Positions 13,101-25,100 of a stretch of 64,000 nucleotides of DNA are shown piece by piece. Source of the DNA: Laetmonice hystrix. Lineage: Eukaryota. The notes below the pieces were generated by a model. It saw nothing but the letters and a program-made list of their open reading frames with translations. It had not been told where the DNA came from and did not search any database. The stretch covers positions 45,820,001-45,884,000 of the forward strand of contig OZ249436.1 in NCBI GenBank assembly GCA_965235115.1, in the 5' to 3' direction. Each line of letters starts with the position of its first letter. Positions within the stretch are counted from its first letter, which is position 1. The position numbers and the translations under genes are program-made.

Positions 13101-16100
13101 TTTCTAAATTAAGAGGACTTCTCAGAAAACCTACCAGGGATACGGCTACAACTCAAAGTGATCTATCTAGATCAGTAAAGTTACCTATGTGATGTCAGTT
13201 GCACTTTAACCTAGTAACATTAGGCTCGAGAGGAACAACCCACATAGGCCTAAGTCTTTTTTTTAGTGTCAAAAGGTATCTTAACTTAAAGGTAGCCTAT
13301 CTATGAAAAGGACAACACACACACGCTGTGACATTCAAACAAATGTCAGGGTACGCCCAAAAGCCCCCACTCCTTACCATCCCAGCACTCCTTACTATCC
13401 AAACCCCCCTCCTTACACTCCCAGGCCCCACTCTTTACAATCTCAGACCCCACTCCTTACAGTTACACTCCCAGACCCCACTCCTTACATTCCCAGACCC
13501 AACTTCTTACACTCCCAGACCCCACTCCTTACCATCCCAGCACTCTTTACCATACCAGACCCCACCCCTTACCATCCCAGACCCCACTCCTTACACTCCC
13601 AGACCCCACTCCTTACAATCTCAGACCCCACTCCTTACACTCCCAGACCCCACTCCTTACATTCCCAGACCCCACTCCTTACTATCCCAGACCCCACTCC
13701 TTACTATCCCAGACCCCACTCCTTACTATCCCAGACCCCACTCCTTACCATCCCAGACCCCACTCCTTACACTCCCAGACCCCACTCCTTACCATCCCAG
13801 ACCCCACTCCTTACATTCCCAGACCCCACTCCTTACTATCCCAGACCCCACTCATTACATTTCCAGACCCCACTCCTTACTATCCCAGACCCCACTTCTT
13901 CCAATCCCAGACCCCACTTCTTACAATCTCAGACCCCACTCCTTACCATCCCAGACCCCACTTCTTACAATCTCAGACACCACTCCTTACTATCCCAAAC
14001 CCCACTCCTTACCATCCCAAACCCTACTTCTTACAATCTCAGACCCCACTCCTTACCATCCCAGACCCCACTCCTTACACTCCCAGACCCCACTCCTTAC
14101 CATCCCAGACCCCACTCCTTACTATCCCAGACCCCACTCCTTACCATCCCAGACCCCACTCCTTACCATCCCAGACCCCACTTCTTACACTCCCAGACCC
14201 CACTCCTTACCATCCCAGACCCCACTCCTTACTATCCCAGACCCCACTCATTACATTCCCAGACCCCACTCCTTACTATCCCAGACCCCACTTCTTCCAA
14301 TCCCAGACCCCACTTCTTACAATCTCAGACCCCACTCCTTACCATCCCAGACCCCACTTCTTACAATCCCAGACCCCACTCCTTACTATCCCAGACCCCA
14401 CTCCTTACAATCCCAAACCCCACTCCTTACCATCCCAGACCCCACTCCTTACCATCCCAGACCCCACTTCTTACAATCTCAGACCCCACTCCTTACCATC
14501 CCAGACCCCACTTCTTACAATCTCAGACCCCACTCCTTACAATCCCAGACCCCCTGCTTACCATCCCAGACCCCACTCCTTACCATCAGTGGAGAAACAG
14601 AGCACACCAGCAGCATGTCTGCTCACGCACGACCTGGCCTGTCCCCAACCATCGTTTTCACAATGTTCCAGTTTGCTTTCGTTTCCATGGCATTTAAAGT
14701 GACTGTTCAGCCAAGGTCCCGCCGTGCTGGATGACCTTCTGCGAACGGGAAATAAAACAAACATATATTCCATTTTATCCTAGCGCCTAGTTGAAGAGAC
14801 CGTGCAGGCCGACATCTATAGCCATTCGACATTCCTTACGAAATGCCCTTTTATTGTCTATAAACTATACAAATAATATGCCCTTATCTTACCCTTAAAT
14901 AAGATAGACATTAGAGATACCCATCCGCAGTTAGAGATACCCACCCACTGTTAGAGATCCCCCACCCACAGTTAGAGATACCCACCCACAGTTAGAGATC
15001 TCCACCCACAGTTAGAGATACCCACCCACAGTTACACATTCACGCCCACAGTTACACATTTCCACCCACAGTTAGAGATACCCATCCACAGTTGCACATT
15101 CACACCCACAGCCAGATCCCCACCCACAGTTAGAGATATGCGCCCACAGTTGCATATTTATACCCACCCACAGTTACACATTCACGCCCACAGTTACACA
15201 TTCACACCCGCAGTTACAGTCACACCCACAGTTAGAGATACCCACCTAGAGTAATGGGTATACGCCTCGCCGGACGGGTAGCCCATCTCCTTACAGGCTA
15301 CCTTGGCGTCCTTGTTGTCCCAGCCGTCACTACAGATACGACCTTTGACCCTTGCGTATGTCACCAGCACGTATCCGGTGTACGACGCCTCGCCACTCGA
15401 TTTGATCTCAAGGGTGTAATCTACAAACCGAAGTGACAGAGAATGCCAACATGCTGCTTGTTTTTTATAACATCATCAAAGGTTGTCTGTTGGAATGGTG
15501 GTACCCTGACCGTTACCTGTTGGTCGTCACATTGAGACTAAGATCACCTTGCCTGTACCTGTTGGTCGTCACATTGAGACTAAGATCACCCTGACCGTTA
15601 CCTGTTGGTCGTCACATTGAGACTAAGATCACCCTGACCGTTACCTGTTGGTCGTCACATTGAGACTAAGATCACCCTGACCGTTACCTGTTGGTCGTCA
15701 CATTGAGACTAAGATCACCCTGGCTGTACCTGTTGGTCGTCACATTGAGACTAAGATCACCCTGGCTGTACCTGTTGGTCGTCACATTGAGACTAAGATC
15801 ACCCTGGCCGTTACCTGTTGGTCGTCACATTGAGACTAAGATCACCCTGGCTGTACCTGTTGGTCGTCACATTGAGACTAAGATCACCCTGGCCGTACCT
15901 GTTGGTCTTCACATTGAGACTAAGATCACCCTGACCGTTACCTGTTGGTCGTCACATTGAGACTAAGATCACCTTGGCTGTACCTGTTGGTCGTCACATT
16001 GAGACTAAGATCACCCTGGCTGTACCTGTTGGTCGTCACATTGAGACTAAGATCACCCTGACCGTACCTGTTGGTTGTCACATTGAGACTAAGATCACCC

Positions 16101-19100
16101 TGACCGTACCTGTTGGTCGTCACATTGAGACTAAGATCACCCTGACCGTTACCTGTTGGTCGTCACATTGAGACTAAGATCACCCTGACCGTACCTGTTG
16201 GTTGTCACATTGAGACTAAGATCACCCTGGCTGTACCTGTTGGTCGTCACATTGAGACTAAGATCACCCTGGCCGTTACCTGTTGGTCGTCACATTGAGA
16301 CTAAGATCACCCTGACCGTACCTGTTGGTTGTCACATTGAGACTAAGATCACCCTGGCTGTACCTGTTGGTCGTCACATTGAGACTAAGATGACCGTTAC
16401 CTGTTGGAATGGTCGTCACATTGAGACAGACGGCGCTGGCGTAGGTACACGATTCTCCCTCGAAGGCATCACTGCTGCACTGATCGAGTGATTTTTCTGT
16501 TCCATTACATGTGATGTTGGTGAGCAACGGTTTCAGTTTCGTGTCTCCGTACGAGTTACAACAGCTAGCGATTCCGTTTGGGAAGCCCATCTGTTTACAT
16601 ATTACCTCTGCAATCAGACAACACGAGGCAGGTTTCAAACGAGGTGTCTCTTAAAACATTGCTCAGGTTAGTTAACTTATTACAAGAATGAATTTTACTT
16701 TGTGTTTTTCGGAAACTTATGCGGTAGGTTCCAACCCTCACCCTCCAGTTATCATAATCCTTGCGAGTGTCTGAACCATTTATGTTATCGCAGGGGGATT
16801 GGGGCACCCAGAAACTGGACAGGGGCAATATACAAGACTCCCGGACAGTATTTCAGGGACAGGATCCCCGGACTGCGGTGAGTGGCCGGGCTGGCTGACA
16901 TACAAGACTCCCGGACAGTATTTCAGGGACAGGATCCCCGGACTGCGGTGAGTGGTCGGGCTGGCTGACATACAAGACTCCCGGACAGTATTTCAGGGAC
17001 AGGATCCCCGGACTGCGGTGAGTGGTCGGGCTGGCTGACATACAAGACTCCCGGACAGTATTTCAGGGACAGGATCCCCGGACTGCGGTGAGTGGCCGGG
17101 CTGGCTGACATACAAGACTCCCGGACAGTATTTCAGGGACAGGATCCCCGGACTGCGGTGAGTGGCCGGGCTGGCTGACATACAAGACTCTCGGACAGTA
17201 TTTCAGGGACAGGATCCCCGGACTGCGGTGAGTGGCCGGGCTGGCTGACATACAAGACTCCCGGACAGTATATCAGGGACAGGATCCCCTGACTGCAGTG
17301 AGTGGCCGGGCTGGCTGACATACAAGACTCCCGGACAGTATATCAGGGACAGGATCCCCTGACTGTATTTTTCTTTTGAAATGCACGGGCATCAGGGGTA
17401 ACCCAATTACTTTGACAATGTCCCTAAAGAGAAAAGTTGTATAGTCCTCTACAGGAATCGAACCCAGGCCCTAAGATTACTGCACCCATTCGCATAGCAT
17501 AAGGTGTCGACACCCATGCCCACGTGAGTGGCCGGGCTGGCTGACTTACTGGCGTCATTGGCGTCCCAGTTATCGTCACACACCGTACGCCACTCCGACT
17601 TGGTCGGGTTGTACACCTCGACAGCCCCGGCACTGTTCGGGTACGAACCCCTGCTGTTGAGTCGGACTGTGGGTAAAAAGTCAGGCTCACAATTAAATAC
17701 GTGCTATCAGAAATATCAGAAAACATTTAGAAATAAAATCACATTTATTTGATCATTGAGTGCTTATCTGATGAGATTCTGAATGAACGAAGAACGAAAT
17801 ATTAATTATTTCTTGGGAACCAACTAATTGTTTTGATCATGTCCTCTTATGGTCCCATGGTCCTACGAATAAAGTGCGATCATAAAATCCAGACGAGGAA
17901 CCCCGCGACATGGAGAAGCGCCAGAACAGTTTTGAATTTAGAAGGTAATTGTGTCACTTCTTTAAAAAAGCCTTGGATCCGCGCCTGTTCTATGTGTGTG
18001 TGTATGGGGGTGTGAGTAGTTTAGCAGCCATATATAAGGAACATTAAATGTTGTTCACCTACCTTTACCGAAGCAATAGACGTAGACGGGAGAGTAGTAT
18101 CGGCGGCAGTAGCTAGGAACGTTTCCCCATCCGTTGTTTGGACACTGTAGTATGGACGTCTCTGGGCCTTTACAGTCGATAAAACTCACTAACATGTCTT
18201 TATCGAGGGACACGTAGGAACTGGGCCGGTAGAGCGCACCATCCACAAATCTGGTAGTATTGGAACAAATTCCAGATTGAACCTCACGCATGAGAAAATA
18301 AACTCAGGATGCTGTAAGAAGGTTGATGGAAACCACCGTAAACCTTTTTCAAGTTTAAGGTTCATATTTATATGTCATTATTTTTCTCCAAAATCCAGCT
18401 CCAACTGTCCCTAGCAGTAACTTACCCCATACTCTTACAGAGAATGCGTGACTCCAGCTGTCCCCAGGAGTAACTACAGATGGTACCCCAGCCTCCATCA
18501 CGGCCGATTTCCACCTGTCCGTAATGTTTGCCACCTCTCCCGAATCGGTACTCTAACCCTGTAAACACAAACAACACCCTAAACACTACAATCATTCACA
18601 TCACACACTGACACTGTAAACACAAACAACACCCCAAACACTACAATCATTCACATCACCCACTGACACTGTAAACACAAACAACACCCTAAATACTACA
18701 ATCATTCACATCATCCACTGACACTGTAAACACAAACAACACCCTAAACACTACAATCATTCACATCACCCACTGACACTGTAAACACAAACAACACCCT
18801 AAACACTACAACCATTCACATCACCCACTGACGCTGTAAACACAAACAACACCCTAAACACCACAACCATTCACATCACCCACTGACGCTGTAAACACAA
18901 ACAACACCCTAAACACCACAACCATTCACATCACCCACTGACACTGTAAACACGCACAACAAACATTCACATCAAGCACTAACCCTGTAAACAGGAACAA
19001 ACCCCTAAACACTACAAACATTCACATCACCCACTAGCCATGTACATACAAAGAACACCCTATTAACACCACAAACATTCACACCAACCACCAACCCTGT

Positions 19101-22100
19101 AAACACAAACAACACCCTAAACACTACAATCATTCACATCACCCACTGACACTGTAAACACAAACAACAAACATTCACATCAAGCACTAACCCTGTAAAC
19201 AGGAACAAACCCCTAAACACTAAAACATTCACATCAACCACCAACCCTGTAAACACAAACAGCACCCTAAGCACCACAAACATTTAACACTTTACAGTCG
19301 CCCCCCCCCCAAAAAAAAAGTGTTTTTTTGTCCTTGCACCCCAAAGACCTCCGGATGCCAATACCAAGTGACAAGCTTATTTCTTGGACCGCTTTACAAT
19401 ACTATTGACTACACCCTTCATCTTTTCCTATCCATAGTTAAAAATATAGGCCTCCTACTGGATAAAAAGTGGGGCCTAACCTGTAACGTTATAACATAAT
19501 ACTCCTGCCCCATGGTCGGTGAACTGGCAGCCGGTGCTCTGTCCAATCTGTGTGTGAGGACACTGACCAAGTGATGTTTCATTGCCAGTACAGTTGACGT
19601 ATCCCATGACGTAGGGCCGCTTGCCGCGAGCCTTGACTCGGTACGCTACACCACCTTTATATCCCAGTTGTCGACAGACTACGGTGGCATCCTTGTCATC
19701 CCACATCTTGGCACACATTCGGCCCTTGATACCGTTCACGTCCACCTCAACTCGACCCGTGTAAACAATATTTTGATCGTTCACTAGTGTTACCTTTGGT
19801 GCTGAAATACAGGGATACATCGATGTGAAAACTCCTGGGCTCAATTAAATTTATAATTACAAAGACTATAGTGTATTATTCATTTAAATTACAACTACTC
19901 TTTCTATATGGCAAAATTTATCAGAAATAAGTGAAATTACTTACAGAAAATATATTACAATTTTAAAATGTAACGTAATCTTATACAGTATCAACCAACC
20001 TGTGATTGTAATTAACTGATTCCTAATCATAATTACATTGGCCCTGAACGTAGTCTCACATCACAATTACTTTGGCCCTGAACGTAGTCTCACATCACAA
20101 TTACTTTGGCCCTGAACGTAGTCTCACATCACAATTACTTTGGCCCTGAACGTAGTCTCACATCACAATTACTTTGGCCCTGAACGTAGTCTCACATCAT
20201 AATTACTTTGGCCCTGAATGTAGTCTCACATCACAATTACTTTGGCCCTGAACGTAGTCTCACATCATAATTACTTTGGCCCTGAACGTAGTCTCACATC
20301 ACAATTACTTTGGCCCTGAACGTAGTCTCACATCATAATTACTTTGGCCCTGAACATAGTCTCACATCACAATTACTTTGGCCCTGAACGTAGTCTCACA
20401 TCACAATTACTTTGGCCCTGAACGTAGTCTCACATCACAATTACCTTGGCCCTGAACGTAGTCTCACATCACAATTACTTTGGCCCTGAACGTAGTCTCA
20501 ATTCACAATTACTTTGGCCCTGAACGTAGTCTCACATCACAATTACTTTGGCCCTGAACGTAGTCTCACATCACAATTACTTTGGCCCTGAACGTAGTCT
20601 TACATCACAATTACTTTGGCCCTGAACGTAGTCTCACATCACAATTACTTTGGCCCTGAACGTAGTCTCACATCACAATTACTTTGGCCCTGAACGTAGT
20701 CTCACATCATAATTACTTTGGCCCTGAACATAGTCTCACATCACAATTACTTTGGCCCTGAACGTAGTCTCACATCACAATTACTTTGGCCCTGAACGTA
20801 GTCTCACATCACAATTACTTTGGCCCTGAACGTAGTCTCACATCACAATTACTTTGGCCCTGAACGTAGTCTCAATTCACAATTACTTTGGCCCTGAACG
20901 TAGTCTCACATCACAATTACTTTGGCCCTGAACGTAGTCTCACATCCCAATTACTTTGGCCCTGAACGTAGTCTTACATCACAATTACTTTGGCCCTGAA
21001 CGTAGTCTCACATCCCAATTACTTTGGCCCTGAACGTAGTCTCACATCACAATTACTTTGGCCCTGAACGTAGTCTCACAATCCAGCAATTTCATTATTC
21101 ATTTTACGTGGGATACGTTTGAATCAATTGGCATCATTTACAGAACCATTGATAAGAAAGTTTAGGACATACTTGCTGATTCGTTGAAGGTTTGGTTGAC
21201 ACAGCTAACTGTCACATACTCGCGGGCAGTGCAGTCACTCCTTCGGTACATACAATCTCGGATATCTTCTTCACTTCCATTGCACTTGAAGTTCGTCAAC
21301 GTTCGTGTCTCAAAGACGTTATTTGACCTGTGAGGAAATCAATGCCTTCGTTATGACCATTTACAAAGAGCAAAAAGATGACGCAGCAATCAATTGTTTC
21401 TTATAACCTACCGTTACAAACTATATTCATAAATTTATATTTTATAGTTCATATAATTCATTATCCGGTAAGTGAATCACCCGCGGCATTATCTGTGTGG
21501 TAGTTTCTCTCTGTTATTTTTTTACTAGTTAAATGAGTAACGATGACAGAGAAATGTTCTCCAGCAAAGCAAACTTTATAAGTTTGTTAAGGCAGGGTTT
21601 AGGTTTCACCAGAAACACACCAAGTGCTATTGAAACACGGACGTCACGTTCATCGAACTACTATAATTGTTCCTTGTATGACCTCAGGCAGCGGCTGGCC
21701 CCATGACGGTCTGCTTAATCTCACTGAGATTGTTTGAGGCACAGTCAGATTGGTGGAAGGGGAGCAGGGGCTCCATTGGTGCCATTTTAAAATTTGTAAT
21801 AGAGTTCCCTGATTTCATCAGACTTCTCAACATCACTCCCCTCTTTTTGATCATCCAATTTCCCCCCATTGATCGATTTCCACCTAATATTTTGGACCTG
21901 CCCTGACCGAGTATTGCGAGAACTGCAAAACGTCGCATAGCAAAGCATTTGATGTGTTTCTGTGTCCGTTTCTGGATGCGATCCAACAAAAAAACCCGTC
22001 AACAGACGTCCGCTTTCGCGTCGCAAGGTGCGCGCGACTCTGCCGTTAGTCTTTAGTCTTAATTAATCGTAAGCAGTCTTGAGGGTTCAATAGATTGAAT

Positions 22101-25100
22101 CTCGAGGTATGAAGTATGAATCTTAAGTCTATTTAGATCAGTGTTTTTGTAAGAGAAAGGAAAGACAGGTCCCTAAAAATCGTTTAGATTATGTTGTTCA
22201 AGAAACAGTAATTCTTTGTATCTATGTTTGTGTCCTGCTCATGTCTGCTATAACGCGTCTGTATGGTTTTCTTACAATGATTGAATGATCTATACTTGTA
22301 AAGCCCGATAGATCAGTCTGGCAATCACGCCTGGAACTTCTGGTTGAGGGCTGTCTGCTTATGGTAGTTTGTGTGTGTGCTTTAAACATGTTTATCGGAT
22401 TATGATATGGTTGGATCGGGAAGAATAGTTTGTAGTGGGTCAACCATACGCCAGGGACTTATAACTTAAAGATCGCCATTACTACTGGTGATCTGGAAGG
22501 GAAAGTCAGTGTACCGACAGAGTCAGGTACACAGAGACCAGAGCCAGGTCCAATGGGATCATGCATGAGGCGTGAAACATGATTGTGACGTCACGTCTAC
22601 CAAATGGCAGACGACCAGGTTGATAAGGGTGCACTGGGTGGTGTTGTGGCTGGGATCTTAAGTGTAGAGAATTACCCCCGGCATGCTTTGAAATAACGTG
22701 AAAACAAAGTATTTATTTGAAGAAGATCTGTAGAGGAGCAGCATACTGACCGTGAGCTCCCCCACCGGTATCGGCTTTTAGACAAAAGTAGATATTTATG
22801 TAAGTTTTCCGTCATACCGGAATTTACGGTCGTATAGGGAGTGAAAGTAACGTCACAATCTTGTGGGATTTTGCCAGTTCCGGGGAATACGCCGCTTGGC
22901 GGCAATGGTTAAAGCAATGGACCAAACATTACGACATCCCTCAGCGCAATTATTAATTTCCAACTTTGCACAGATGATTTCTGTCACTGATTGATAAGTC
23001 TAAATCTAGCCTCAAAATATTTTTAACTCTGCTTCAGCCTTGTATCTTCAAATTCCCCGATTCTCCTGTCTTTACAACTGTGCGTCATTCCCCGGAAGTG
23101 GCTCTGTTCCACCAATTATCGTCCCACAGGGTGACGTCACTTTCACTCCCTATTGGCAACATTCACGTTCCTCCTTTGTCATATTCTAACCATTAACATA
23201 AATATTTATTCAATGGTCATTAGACCTAGGTTTCTTTATGTCCTTACTCGATCATTAAATATCACATACTTTATGATGATTATAACATTATGTTCTTTCG
23301 TTGGTTTAGCTCTAGCAGTAATGCCATTCCATTAATCGCAAGTAGCCTCTAGCACATCAAGGGAGCCCGGTTGCCATCCTAAAACTCTACCTACAGCTCA
23401 AAGACTCCTTCCATTACAAGGTGAACAAACTATGTTATGATATTAAGGCCCGTTGCATAAAAAAAATCAATAACTTTAGTATAACTGCTCGATAAATTTA
23501 TTCTTACGATTTGACTACGATGGGTCAGTAAGTTACGACCGAGTTATCGTATTCCTGTTGTATAATAATCTCGTGATTTTGTGAGGGATGAAAGTGATTA
23601 TCGTATAGATCTATCGCTTTTGGCGACACCTATTAATAAAAACAGACATCGCTCCGTTATAACCGGAACTAGTGGGAAATAACTTACGAATAACTTATAA
23701 AATAACTTACGAACTTTTTTATGCAGCGCATTACATACGAGGAAAGATATCCACTGAGTTTAATGACCACTTATTTTTATTTACTAGATATCCACTACCT
23801 CTGACCTTCTTTATGCAACGGACCCATTGTTTCGCAAGCGCCACTCATACACCCAACTATATACAATGTATGGCAGCGCATACATCATACTATATTGAAC
23901 CAAATAACCGTACTTTGTGGGACCAAGCGCCGAACAACAGATGCTCTTGCCGGAGACGTAGCCGAGTTGTTTACAGACAATACTTGCAGCCGTGTCGTCA
24001 AACGTTCCGTCATCACACACTTGATACCATACGTCTTCTTTATATATCTCAATACGACCATAGTCCGGCGTCTGGCCAGACGTTATCCGAACTATATATG
24101 ACATAGGAAATCAATTAGATATCAATGAATAGTCCGACGTCTGGCCAGACGTTATCCGAACTATATGACATAGGAAATCAATTAGATACCAATGAATAGT
24201 CCGGCGTCTGGCCAGACGTTATCCGAACTATATATGACATAGGAAATCAATTAGATATCAATGAATAGTCCGGCGTCTGGCCAAACGTTATCTGAACTAT
24301 ATGACATAGGAAATCAATTAGATATCAATGAATAGTCCGGCGTCTGGCCAGACGTTATCCGAACTATATGACATAGGAAATCAATTAGATACCAATGAAT
24401 AGTCCGGCGTCTGGCCAGACGTTATCCGAACTATATATGACATAGGAAATCAATTAGATATCAATGAATAGTCCGGCGTCTGGCCAGACGTTATCCGAAC
24501 TATATGACATAGGAAATCAATTAGATATCAATGAATAGTCCGGCGTCTGGCCAGACGTTATCCGAACTATATGACATAGGAAATCAATTAGATATCAATG
24601 AATAGTCCGGCGTCTGGCCAGACGTTATCCGAACTATATGACATAGGAAATCAATTAGATACCAATGAATAGTCCGGCGTCTGGCCAGACGTTATCCGAA
24701 CTATATATGACATAGGAAATCAATTAGATATCAATGAATAGTCCGGCGTCTGGCCAGACGTTATCTGAAGTATATGACATAGGAAATCAATTAGATATCA
24801 ATGAATAGTCCGGCGTCTGGCCAGACGTTATCCGAACTATATATGACATAGGAAATCAATTAGATATCAATGAATAGTCCGGCGTCTGGCCAGACGTTAT
24901 CTGAAGTATATGACATAGGAAATCAATTAGATATCAATGAATAGTCCGGCGTCTGGCCAGACGTTATCCGAACTATATATGACATAGGAAATCAATTAGA
25001 TACCAATGAATAGTCCGGCGTCTGGCCAGACCTTATCCGAACTATATGACATAGGAAATCAATTAGATATCAATGAATAGTCCGGCGTCTGGCCAAACGT

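Noticed and set aside
13303..14734. 464- and 468-aa Pro-rich plus-strand ORFs
   Set aside because: 22-bp C-rich repeat lacking stops; antisense to the gene and overlapping exon 33
17760..17820. CTGATGA...GAAA hammerhead-ribozyme-like core
   Set aside because: Stems I and III cannot be formed convincingly
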